Shown here one piece after another: positions 1 to 8,002 of a stretch of 46,685 nucleotides of DNA. The notes under the pieces were generated by a model. That model was given only the letters and a program-made list of their open reading frames with translations, did not search any database and had not been told where the DNA came from. The position numbers and the translations under genes are program-made. Each line of letters begins with the position of its first letter. Within the stretch, counting starts at the first letter, position 1. The DNA is from a virus (taxonomy: Duplodnaviria; Caudoviricetes). The stretch lies in IMG/VR virus record IMGVR_UViG_3300020045_012035, positions 1-46,685 of that record; one strand, written 5' to 3'.

Positions 1-96
1 AAGCGCTGGAAAGATCTTAATGAACAAAATAAAAGTGTGTTTCACACAGTAACAGTAAAACCTATAGAGTGCAATGAAAACGATACTCCATTTTAG
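1..96 (+). CDS. 3' end of a truncated hypothetical protein
   Basis: Open frame from base 1 (KRWKDLNEQ...DTPF) to TAG at 94-96. Confidence 0.4.
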   Translation, partial: KRWKDLNEQNKSVFHTVTVKPIECNENDTPF

Positions 97-106
97 GTAC
101 AAAACA

Positions 107-139
107 GTTGCATACAACATAGATAAGTTATATCTTTCC
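107..139 (+). promoter_or_regulatory. Bacteroidota-type promoter upstream of the ncRNA array
   Basis: GTTG(107-110)-N20-TATCTTTCC(131-139); same spacing as six other copies; resembles the Bacteroidota -33 TTG / -7 TAnnTTTG consensus. Confidence 0.65.
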
Positions 140-177
140 AATGTAATAAAACAACAAGTTCTTTAACATTCTGAAAT

Positions 178-269
178 AAGACGAAGGGAGACAAATATCG
201 ATTCACACTATAGAATGGCGGAAAGCCTTTTAGTACAATACTAAGTGATATAGCTACGATCTTCGTCTT
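178..269 (+). ncRNA. Unassigned structured RNA candidate 1
   Basis: 9-bp closing stem AAGACGAAG(178-186)/CTTCGTCTT(261-269); internal hairpins GGC-GGAAA-GCC and TTAGTA-CAA-TACTAA; no ORF. Confidence 0.4.
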
Positions 270-291
270 TTAAAAATATAAAGATAAAGAT

Positions 292-359
292 AAAGATAAC
301 AAGTAAGGCTATGAAGAAGCATCGAATGAGATTAATTCGAGTACAGCTACTTTATCTTT
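292..359 (+). ncRNA. Unassigned structured RNA candidate 2 (bulged hairpin)
   Basis: Nested pairings AAAGATAA/TTATCTTT, AAGTA/TACTT, GCT/AGC, TCGAAT/ATTCGA. Confidence 0.3.
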
Positions 360-367
360 TAAAATAA

Positions 368-629
368 ACTAACTGCTGTAGGTTAATTGATCAGTTACTG
401 GACCTCGGTTCGAAACCGAGCGCCTCCACAAAGAGTTCCGTGTAGAATTTTTGGTATGACTAGCCGAGATATAAATAGTTATTTTTAACGGGGGCGAATG
501 GCTTTGACAGTAACAATGAAAGATTAAATAGGCATTAGTCCACAATAACTGCAAAAGTTATAAACCTTTTTACTCCGCAAATGAGATTTGCAGCGTAAAA
601 CGAAACTTGGGATCTGCGAAAAAGATCCC
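368..629 (+). ncRNA. ssrA: Circularly permuted (two-piece) tmRNA: acceptor piece ~368-428, intervening ~429-489, coding piece ~490-629
   Basis: T-arm CTCGG-TTCGAAA-CCGAG and 3' acceptor strand CGCCTCC-A (421-428) lie upstream of the 5' strand GGGGGCG (490-496), giving G3.U70; P2 GTTACTG(394-400)/CAGTAAC(508-514); resume context AATAACT-GCA; tag frame 551-598 AKVINLFTPQMRFAA*; 3' hairpin GGGATCT/AGATCCC (609-629). Confidence 0.9.
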
Positions 630-634
630 TAAAT

Positions 635-708
635 GGGGATTTAGCTCATTTGGTAGAGCGCTTAGTCGAAAGGCTGAGAGGTGGTAGGTTCGAATCCTAC
701 AGCCCTCA
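635..708 (+). tRNA. tRNA-like gene with a non-canonical anticodon arm, identity undetermined
   Basis: GGGGATT-TA-GCTC-ATTTGGTA-GAGC-G-CTTAG-TCGAAAGG-CTGAG-AGGTG-GTAGG-TTCGAAT-CCTAC-AGCCCTC-A; good D and T arms; 8-nt anticodon loop lacking U33; A5.C68 mismatch; CCA not encoded. Confidence 0.75.
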
Positions 709-716
709 CTAAGAAC

Positions 717-937
717 CGTGCTGTACTAGTTTACAAGTCCTTAAAACCACTTATCAGAATTGGCGGTGATATGATAAGTAAATTTTGCTTGTCAGTAATC
801 TGAGTAACTGTCACACAACGTTTTATAGTTGCAATATACGCTTTTCGTCTATATAAAGCGTTACGATTACCGTACTCTTAAACAGAAAACGATGTAGCGT
901 AAGCAGAAGGTTTCGTTAAGGTTCTTTAAACGGCACG
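717..937 (+). ncRNA. Unassigned ~220-nt structured RNA candidate 3
   Basis: Nested helices CGTGCTGT/ACGGCACG, CCTTAA/TTAAGG, AACC/GGTT, TTTTGCTT/AAGCAGAA, CGTTTT/AAAACG; side hairpins ACTTATCA/TGATAAGT and ACGCTTT/AAAGCGT. Confidence 0.55.
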
Positions 938-1003
938 AGGATAAATGTGAGTCCTCATCTTTTAAATAATAGCCTACCACAGCAATTAATTTAAAAAAAA
1001 TCC

Positions 1004-1026
1004 AAGGGTGTTTTCACCCTTTTATT
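1004..1026 (+). terminator. Putative intrinsic terminator ending the RNA array
   Basis: AAGGGTG-TTTT-CACCCTT followed by a T-rich tail. Confidence 0.5.
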
Positions 1027-1121
1027 AAACATTTTGTTTTTTTGATTTGGGAAAGGTAAAGAGTAGTAGGTTTTTCTTCAATTTTCCTACTACTCAATAC
1101 TTTTAACTAAAATATGTAATT

Positions 1122-1565
1122 ATGGAAATTATCATTTGTAAAGCAAAATCAATAAACACTCAAGAGTGGGTGTATGGATATCCAGTCCAATATTCTATTG
1201 GAGTACTAGTATTGTTTGATGCAACAGCTCAACAAATACCAATTATACCTGAAACACTTTGTTACTCAACTCAACAAAAAGATAAAAATGGAAAAGAACT
1301 TTTCTTTGACGATATCGTAAATGATTTTGGAGGAGGAGTTCGTGTTACAGATTATGATCATTCTTCATATAATCCAAGACAAGCTTTCCCAGTAACAAAA
1401 GTTATGGGAGATCCAACAAGACTAGGAGCTATCATAAAGCAAGACGGAACAACTCGAATCAAAACATTAGCTATGGATTATGCTTATAATTTATCAAACG
1501 CAGCTAAACTAAGCAATATGGAATATGTTCAAAATCCTTGGGATACAATTTATCCACTATTGTAA
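1122..1565 (+). CDS. YopX-family phage protein
   Basis: KAKSINTQEWVYGY...PETLCYSTQQKDKNGKELFFDDIV resembles the YopX pattern. Confidence 0.6.
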   Translation: MEIIICKAKSINTQEWVYGYPVQYSIGVLVLFDATAQQIPIIPETLCYSTQQKDKNGKELFFDDIVNDFGGGVRVTDYDHSSYNPRQAFPVTKVMGDPTRLGAIIKQDGTTRIKTLAMDYAYNLSNAAKLSNMEYVQNPWDTIYPLL

Positions 1566-1603
1566 AACTAATTAAAATTAATAATTTAAATCGCAAAATC
1601 GAA

Positions 1604-1822
1604 ATGGAATCAAACAAGACTACAACAAACACTCTCACTTTTTCAGACGAAATCATTAGAGATTTTCTTATGAAATATCCGTTCATTACCACTTTACGTA
1701 AGTATCGTAAGGAATTAAATCAACCTTTTTGCATACCTACCAACTTGTTCGCAGCTGAGTCAAGAATATGTGTGAATGATAGATTAGGTGTACACTGCTG
1801 CTGTATGTATAGCAATGATTGA
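1604..1822 (+). CDS. Hypothetical protein with a Cys-rich C-terminus
   Basis: ORF; start moved to ATG 1604 after an AAATCGAA-type leader seen before other genes. Confidence 0.5.
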   Translation: MESNKTTTNTLTFSDEIIRDFLMKYPFITTLRKYRKELNQPFCIPTNLFAAESRICVNDRLGVHCCCMYSND

Positions 1823-1855
1823 GAGTTTAGATAGACAAAATCAAAACTACTAATC

Positions 1856-2257
1856 ATGGAACAGTTAATTACTCTCGATACAGCAAAACTTATTCCTAAT
1901 CCAAAAAAGATAGATTACTGGAATGAAATAGAGTGGTTTGTAGTAAATAATACTGCTTCTAAAGGCTGGCATACAAGTAATCGAAGTGTTTTAGATATTT
2001 TCAACATAGACTATCCAAGACCAACTCAAGGACATCTTCAAAAATACCTAAGAGACGAATTCGATATAAACGTAAGAGTAGGATCAACAAGTAAAACTTG
2101 TCACTTTTACTATCTAGAATTATTAAAAGATGACGGATGTCAAGGAATTAGTATAAAAGGAAAGACTTTAGATTTTAATCATAAGGTTTGGGAAGACGCA
2201 TTAGAGGCAGGACTAAAAACAGCTCTTGAATATTTAAAAAACAAACAAGATGAGTAA
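1856..2257 (+). CDS. Hypothetical phage protein
   Basis: 133-aa ORF in a tightly packed + strand run. Confidence 0.6.
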   Translation: MEQLITLDTAKLIPNPKKIDYWNEIEWFVVNNTASKGWHTSNRSVLDIFNIDYPRPTQGHLQKYLRDEFDINVRVGSTSKTCHFYYLELLKDDGCQGISIKGKTLDFNHKVWEDALEAGLKTALEYLKNKQDE

Positions 2258-2642
2258 GCTATTCCCACAATACCAAAATGGACAACTTGTAGTAGTAAAA
2301 AGTAAACATACAGGAATACTATATCAAGGTGAAATAGAAATGAAGAACAAATCAACATTTGTTCTTAGAAGCACTCCTATACTTAAAGAGCAAGGAAATA
2401 TTGTACAGATGAATTTTGGCTGTGGCTTAATAAAAGCAATAATTGATCCGAAAACACTCTTTGCTATATATGTTGGCAATGAACAATACAATGACCAAAA
2501 AGTATATTATGATTATTGTGTTTACCCAAAGTCGTTAACCGAAGGAAATTATAAAGATCAATTCATTGGAGTATGGAAGCATAAGTGGGTTGGAAGTACA
2601 AAATCTCTTATTGAGGTATTGAAAATAATTAAAAAGTACTAA
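2250..2642 (+). CDS. Hypothetical protein
   Basis: 130-aa ORF overlapping the previous stop. Confidence 0.6.
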   Translation: MSKLFPQYQNGQLVVVKSKHTGILYQGEIEMKNKSTFVLRSTPILKEQGNIVQMNFGCGLIKAIIDPKTLFAIYVGNEQYNDQKVYYDYCVYPKSLTEGNYKDQFIGVWKHKWVGSTKSLIEVLKIIKKY

Positions 2643-2644
2643 AA

Positions 2645-3049
2645 ATGAAAATCACTACAGTCAAAAAAGCGAGAAAAGATTATCCTAACGATATGATCAA
2701 AAAGGGAGATACTTATTACTATTGCGAGCCTAAAAGAAGAAAAACTGGAGGAATAAGAAAGATGAGATTCAAAGCTAAATCTTCTTGTGAATCTTGGATT
2801 AAAAGTTGGGGTAATAGATTTAGAGGAGAGTTCTCAATCAATATAGAATCGTACAATGAACGATTTGCAGATCTGCAAGATGAAGATCAAAAACAAGAGT
2901 TGTTAGATGAAATCGATCAATTCATAAGCGAAAAACAAGACAATCTCAATAACGTACCTTATCAACTTCAAGAAGGACATATACTTAATGAGCAGATTGA
3001 AGAACTTGAACAGATAAGAGATGAGGTAGATAATTGGGAAGAGGATTAA
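2645..3049 (+). CDS. Hypothetical protein (basic N-terminal half, acidic C-terminal half)
   Basis: 134-aa ORF. Confidence 0.6.
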   Translation: MKITTVKKARKDYPNDMIKKGDTYYYCEPKRRKTGGIRKMRFKAKSSCESWIKSWGNRFRGEFSINIESYNERFADLQDEDQKQELLDEIDQFISEKQDNLNNVPYQLQEGHILNEQIEELEQIRDEVDNWEED

Positions 3050-3065
3050 TAAAAAGTAAATAATT

Positions 3066-3269
3066 ATGATACAAGATCTATTACAACTTCTAAAATATAC
3101 AACAAGCGGATTCTTTATATTTATAGGAAGTTATTCAATCATAGCAATGCTACTTTACTTTGGAGTAAATGGAGTATTAAAAATAACATCGAGAGTGATT
3201 AGAATGATTGTTATATTATTCAGAGGATGGCCTCCTAATCATTTAGACGCAGACGGAGATCATAAATAA
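3066..3269 (+). CDS. Small membrane protein
   Basis: Hydrophobic segment GFFIFIGSYSIIAMLLYFGV. Confidence 0.55.
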   Translation: MIQDLLQLLKYTTSGFFIFIGSYSIIAMLLYFGVNGVLKITSRVIRMIVILFRGWPPNHLDADGDHK

Positions 3270-3283
3270 AATAATTAGTAATC

Positions 3284-3379
3284 ATGGAAACAATAGCTTA
3301 CATTTGTGCAGGAGCAGGAATCTACTACATAATCAAATTAGTAGTAAAAATAATAATTGTAATATTCAAAAAAAAGTAA
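3284..3379 (+). CDS. 31-aa single-TM peptide (not in ORF track)
   Basis: METIAYICAGAGIYYIIKLVVKIIIVIFKKK*, fills the gap before DHFR. Confidence 0.45.
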   Translation: METIAYICAGAGIYYIIKLVVKIIIVIFKKK

Positions 3380-3380
3380 T

Positions 3381-4163
3381 ATGAAAGATCAAAGTAAATT
3401 ACAAAAAGGAAACAGAACATTAGTAAGCATCGCTGCAATGTCAGATAACGAAGTGATAGCAGTAAACGGTAAAATTCCTTGGCACTTACCAAATGACTTC
3501 AAACACTTCAAGCAAGTAACCGAAGGACATCATATCATTATGGGAAGAAAAACATTCGAAAGTCTTCCAGGATTATTGCCAAATAGATGTCATATAATTG
3601 TTACAACAAACAAAGATTATAAACCAAACACTACTGGTTCACAACAAAAGAATTGTCCAATCATAGTTGTTCATAACTTACAACAAGCAATAGATATATG
3701 TCCTTTCAACAAAGCATCATACATCATTGGAGGAGGAGAGATCTACAAACAAGCAATGTCAATAGTTGATTATCTAGATTTAACTGTAGTACAGACACAT
3801 ATACATTTTAAATCATCTGACGTAGTAACATACTTTCCTTCAAGCGCTAAACATATAAACGATTTTGATTTTGAAAAAATGTTCGATGAAGTATATTACA
3901 AAGACGATAAACATCAGTACGATTATCGATTTGTAACTCTCAAAAGAAAAGATACAAGCGACAGAGAGATAATTGATTCAGTTGATTGGGATAAAGCAAA
4001 GCCTCTAAACGAATACTTTGATGACGGAGATAAAGATCAAGGAGATCCAAATAATTGGAAGACAACATCTCAAACTACTCTTGAAAGTCATCAACCTATT
4101 GAAGGGAAAAGTTACTATCCTCACAACAAAGTGCAAGATATTAAGTATCCAGATCACGAATAA
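3381..4163 (+). CDS. folA: Dihydrofolate reductase with a C-terminal extension
   Basis: IAAMSDNEVIA..GKIPWHLPNDFKHFK..T.GHHIIMGRKTFESLP.LLPNR and IIGGGEIYKQA motifs. Confidence 0.95.
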   Translation: MKDQSKLQKGNRTLVSIAAMSDNEVIAVNGKIPWHLPNDFKHFKQVTEGHHIIMGRKTFESLPGLLPNRCHIIVTTNKDYKPNTTGSQQKNCPIIVVHNLQQAIDICPFNKASYIIGGGEIYKQAMSIVDYLDLTVVQTHIHFKSSDVVTYFPSSAKHINDFDFEKMFDEVYYKDDKHQYDYRFVTLKRKDTSDREIIDSVDWDKAKPLNEYFDDGDKDQGDPNNWKTTSQTTLESHQPIEGKSYYPHNKVQDIKYPDHE

Positions 4164-4174
4164 AATAAAAAACT

Positions 4175-4459
4175 ATGTACAAATACATCATCTCTTGGAT
4201 TATCGTTTCAATAGTATCAGCTCCATGTCCTGATGCAAATAAAACAAATGAATTTGGAGTAACGTTAAACTCCTATATGTCATGTTTAGTATATCACACA
4301 AAGACTTTACAACAACCAATGCAAAAACAATTTGATACAAAAAATCAAGCATTACAGTTTAAAGACAATATCACTATGTATGCAAAACTACAACCAATCA
4401 ATTTCTTATCTCCTGAATCACAAATAATCGAGATAAAACTAGATAGTATTAAGCAATAA
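4175..4459 (+). CDS. Hypothetical protein with an N-terminal hydrophobic or signal-like segment
   Basis: MYKYIISWIIVSIVSAPC... Confidence 0.5.
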   Translation: MYKYIISWIIVSIVSAPCPDANKTNEFGVTLNSYMSCLVYHTKTLQQPMQKQFDTKNQALQFKDNITMYAKLQPINFLSPESQIIEIKLDSIKQ

Positions 4460-4480
4460 AGCGAATTACTACTACAAATT

Positions 4481-4510
4481 AAACCACCTCTATAAATTGG
4501 GGTGGTTTTT
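4481..4510 (+). terminator. Intrinsic terminator
   Basis: AAACCACC...GGTGGTTT followed by a T run. Confidence 0.65.
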
Positions 4511-4679
4511 CAATTTAAATTGCTATCCAATCAATAATAAGTACATTCGCATTCTAATATACTAGTAATCAATCAAGTAGTCGACTACTTTAGTAAGAGG
4601 AGCCCTCTTTATAAGAGGAATATAGTTGAGACGGTTGAATACTATAAGAGTTGGTTGATAATAAATAAAAAGAGGTTAA

Positions 4680-6137
4680 ATGGCTGATATTCAGATAGAT
4701 AGAAAATTAGAGTTAGAAGTTAAGAGGGAGGTCTTCCAAAAAAGTTACTATCAATTCACTTTATGGTGTTTCCGAATATTGTACCCTAATGAGAAGTTTG
4801 AAAGCAACTTTCACATTGAGTTACTGTGCGATTTGTATCAGAAGGAGGTCGAGCGAATAATTCGAAGAGAAGAGAAAGGTCAAGATATAATTGTCAATAT
4901 TCCTCCTCGAGCATCCAAGTCGTTAATTACTAATGTATTTCTACTACCTTGGGCTTGGATAAGAGATCCAACCATCACAATGATCTCAGTATCATTTGAT
5001 GAGGATTTATCACTTTTGAATGCTCAATACAGTAAAGATATCATTCAAAGCAAAGAGTTCCAAGAGTTATTTGGAGATAAGTTCCAAATAAGAAAGGATC
5101 AAAACTCGAAAGGTTTCTTTATGAATGATAAAGGAGGATTTCGTTTAAGTAAGACTACTGGCTCAAATATTACAGGACACAAAGGAGTGATAATAGTAGT
5201 CGATGATCCACAAAATCCAAAGACATCTGAAAGTGCAGTTAATAGACAAAGTACTATCGACTACTATACAAGATCATTATACAATCGTTTAACTCCTATC
5301 AATCTTGGAATAAGAATTATCATTATGCAGAGATTGCATGAAGACGATTTAACAGGATACCTTTTGAAGAACAATCCAGATGAGTATTTGCATATTTGTC
5401 TTCCTGCGACAGTTAGCGAGAAAGTTAATCCTCCTGAGTATGTTGAATTCTATCAAGACGGTCTGCTCGATAGAAATAGATTAAGCTTCAAAACATTACA
5501 GTCTTTTAGAAAAACATTAGGAGAACGAGGATATGGAGGGCAGTACGATCAATCGCCTGCGCCATTAGAAGGAGGAATTTGGAAAAGGAATTGGTTTGAT
5601 ATAATCAATCCACTTGTATTAAGAAGAGATACTGAAAACAGTCCAATCCACTTCTACATTGATGGAGCATATACAGCTAAGACAGAAAACGATCCAAGTG
5701 GTTTGATGGCAGCATTCAAGCAAGACAATTTCATCTATATATTAGACTTTACAGAGGTTTGGTTATCTTTTCCTGATTTGATTAAATATATTAAAGAATA
5801 TGTAGTAAGATTTCAATACTCATATAGATCAAGAATAGTAGTAGAGCCAAAAGCGAGTGGTATATCGATTGTTCAACAATTAAGAGATATGACTGGACTA
5901 AATGTAGTTGAAGGCATTCCTCCAAAGGATGACAAATTGGTAAGAGCAAATAGTGTCGCTCCTACTATAGAGGCAAGAAGAGTAAGATTAGTAGATGGTA
6001 TTTGGGCAGTCGACTACTTAGAGAAAGTTACAACCTTTCCAAACGGTAGTCACGATGAAAGTACCGATTTAACTGTAATGGCTGTTCAAGATCTATTATT
6101 TGATAATACTCCTGACTTTATGTTTATGCAGCAATAA
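4680..6137 (+). CDS. terL: Terminase large subunit
   Basis: Walker A variant NIPPRASKS, Walker B IIVVDDP, IMQRLHEDDL, QYDQSP; C-terminal RNase H-like nuclease (YIDGAY, VEPKASG, FPNGSHDESTD). Confidence 0.93.
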   Translation: MADIQIDRKLELEVKREVFQKSYYQFTLWCFRILYPNEKFESNFHIELLCDLYQKEVERIIRREEKGQDIIVNIPPRASKSLITNVFLLPWAWIRDPTITMISVSFDEDLSLLNAQYSKDIIQSKEFQELFGDKFQIRKDQNSKGFFMNDKGGFRLSKTTGSNITGHKGVIIVVDDPQNPKTSESAVNRQSTIDYYTRSLYNRLTPINLGIRIIIMQRLHEDDLTGYLLKNNPDEYLHICLPATVSEKVNPPEYVEFYQDGLLDRNRLSFKTLQSFRKTLGERGYGGQYDQSPAPLEGGIWKRNWFDIINPLVLRRDTENSPIHFYIDGAYTAKTENDPSGLMAAFKQDNFIYILDFTEVWLSFPDLIKYIKEYVVRFQYSYRSRIVVEPKASGISIVQQLRDMTGLNVVEGIPPKDDKLVRANSVAPTIEARRVRLVDGIWAVDYLEKVTTFPNGSHDESTDLTVMAVQDLLFDNTPDFMFMQQ

Positions 6138-6144
6138 ATATAAT

Positions 6145-6189
6145 TTACATACTTTCGTTGCTAGATATTAATTAAGGTCGTATCTTTAC
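6145..6189 (+). promoter_or_regulatory. Repeated phage promoter
   Basis: TTACATACTTTC-GTTG-N20-TATCTTTAC. Confidence 0.65.
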
Positions 6190-6224
6190 TATATATTAAT
6201 CACATAAGTAAAAAAATTGAAATT

Positions 6225-6521
6225 ATGGTATCAATGAAAAAGTATTTAAAAGCTTTAAAGATCGTTAACGCTTATCATGAACAGATACAGCTACAAGCTC
6301 AATCGATTATAAACCCAACTCAGATATATAAAGAGTTAGAGCAAGTTCAGATAGGTGATCAAGTCAAATGTATTTATGTTCATTCTTCTAGTACAAATCA
6401 CTTAACGATTGAAAAACAGTATCAAGTTCTTAATACTGATCACTCTCGATTTATGATTCAAGTAGATTCAAATAGAAAGAAGTGGTATTACAAAACTAAT
6501 AATCATTTTAGACTACTTTAA
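6225..6521 (+). CDS. Hypothetical protein
   Basis: 98-aa ORF between a promoter and a hairpin. Confidence 0.55.
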   Translation: MVSMKKYLKALKIVNAYHEQIQLQAQSIINPTQIYKELEQVQIGDQVKCIYVHSSSTNHLTIEKQYQVLNTDHSRFMIQVDSNRKKWYYKTNNHFRLL

Positions 6522-6523
6522 AT

Positions 6524-6543
6524 TAACCCTCTTCGGAGGGTTA
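6524..6543 (+). terminator. UUCG hairpin, probable terminator
   Basis: TAACCCTC-TTCG-GAGGGTTA followed by T-rich sequence. Confidence 0.6.
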
Positions 6544-6551
6544 CTTGCTTT

Positions 6552-6596
6552 TTACATACTTCTGTTGTCTAGTATTATAAATTAGCATATCTTTCC
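6552..6596 (+). promoter_or_regulatory. Repeated phage promoter
   Basis: TTACATACTTCT-GTTG-N20-TATCTTTCC. Confidence 0.65.
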
Positions 6597-6621
6597 AATA
6601 AATTAAAAATAATTAAATCGT

Positions 6622-6912
6622 ATGAACAATCCAATCGTAAAATTGTGGTACTGGATATTTCCAGTAAAAGATGAACAAGCAAAAGAGCTTGATGAATTAT
6701 TAGATAATAAGAATTCAATTATTAATTCATTATTGAACAATCATCACAAGAAGCTGAGTACAGTCAAAACATTAAAACTACTAGCTATGGTAGAAGAAGA
6801 GTTGGAAGTAATTCTAAAAGATCGCTTCTTTGATGCTCATGAAGAGATTGCAGCTATCGAAACTTATAGAAATAAAAAAAATGGCAAAGAAGACATCAAA
6901 GCAAATTCTTAA
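6622..6912 (+). CDS. Hypothetical protein
   Basis: 96-aa ORF. Confidence 0.55.
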   Translation: MNNPIVKLWYWIFPVKDEQAKELDELLDNKNSIINSLLNNHHKKLSTVKTLKLLAMVEEELEVILKDRFFDAHEEIAAIETYRNKKNGKEDIKANS

Positions 6913-7738
6913 ATCAGTCACTTCTAATCGAGTTGGTCTTCAAGATCCAAAAGTGGTCGAGAAGAAGAATCGAAGAGATCTTTCTAAGACTCTTGGTCCA
7001 AAACCAAATATGGAGAGAGAGGTCTATGATGTGATCGATTGGATGCGTGAAGGATATAGTAATGAATGGTGTACTCAAAAATTAAGACAAACTATCAATG
7101 ATAAGACAGGGAGAGTGTACTCTCCTCGTTTTGTTGAAAATATAGTAACTGCCTCCAATCAATTGATCAATCAATGGTATAGAAGCCAAATTTATCAAAT
7201 TGAAAATGTTCATATCACTCGCTATAATCAAATAGTAGTAGAAAAGTTGAATAAGAAGTATGATTTTAGTGAAAACATGCCCGAATGGTTAAGAGTAAAG
7301 CTTGAATCAGATGATTTAATGGAAGCTCTTAATGCACTTAAGCAAAAAGAGACACTATTAGGAATGCATCGCAAAACGTTCAAACTAACAATCAATACTC
7401 AAAATAACATCAATATCGTTGGACCAAAAAAGGTTGATAAAGATAAGATCGATCTAACTAAACTTACTCTTGAAGAACAAATCGAATTAATGCAACTAAT
7501 AGAGGTAAGTAGTAGAACAGAAGATGAAGTATTTGGAGTAAAGTTACATTCGACAGATAAAGAGAAAGATGTTGAACAAGAGGTTGAAGTTATAGTGAAT
7601 CGCAATATTGATCATATCGAGCCGTTCTCTAAACCAAATCCTAACAATCAAGGATCAACGCTTGATGATATCAAAACTCTTATTCAACAACGCTTATTAC
7701 AATCGAGTCAAAACAATAAACAAATAACTATAAAGTAA
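6881..7738 (+). CDS. Candidate terminase small subunit
   Basis: Helical/HTH-like N-terminal half, LKQKETLLGMH, TINTQNNINI, then IDLTKLTLEEQ, a layout typical of TerS C-termini; start reassigned to ATG 6881. Confidence 0.4.
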   Translation: MAKKTSKQILKSVTSNRVGLQDPKVVEKKNRRDLSKTLGPKPNMEREVYDVIDWMREGYSNEWCTQKLRQTINDKTGRVYSPRFVENIVTASNQLINQWYRSQIYQIENVHITRYNQIVVEKLNKKYDFSENMPEWLRVKLESDDLMEALNALKQKETLLGMHRKTFKLTINTQNNINIVGPKKVDKDKIDLTKLTLEEQIELMQLIEVSSRTEDEVFGVKLHSTDKEKDVEQEVEVIVNRNIDHIEPFSKPNPNNQGSTLDDIKTLIQQRLLQSSQNNKQITIK

Positions 7739-7748
7739 AGCATCTCTT

Positions 7749-7997
7749 ATGGAATTATTAATAAAATTTAAAGATACATCTAATTCTTTTACTTTAGGAT
7801 GTGAGTACGGTAGGCTGTTAGATAGATTTGAAAGAGGAATAGAGATTGTAGATAACAATAATTTTCCAATTCATTTGAAAAACAAAGAAGTTGTCATCTC
7901 TACTTGCAATACCTTCAATTATACACCTATTTTTGGAGAAATTTATTATGATGAATGGATAGACTTTAAGGCGATTAAAAACAATAATTTAAATTAA
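7749..7997 (+). CDS. Hypothetical protein
   Basis: 82-aa ORF. Confidence 0.55.
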   Translation: MELLIKFKDTSNSFTLGCEYGRLLDRFERGIEIVDNNNFPIHLKNKEVVISTCNTFNYTPIFGEIYYDEWIDFKAIKNNNLN

Positions 7998-8002
7998 ATA
8001 AT

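Noticed and set aside
369-554. 61-aa minus-strand ORF
   Set aside because: Antisense to the tmRNA, with no coding features
717-937. RNase P RNA (AAGTCC and ACAGAA fragments)
   Set aside because: Lacks the full GAGGAAAGTCC motif and a P4 partner, and is short
1061-1095. Inverted repeat GAGTAGTAGG/CCTACTACTC
   Set aside because: Real 10-bp stem, but no T tail or other evidence to assign a function
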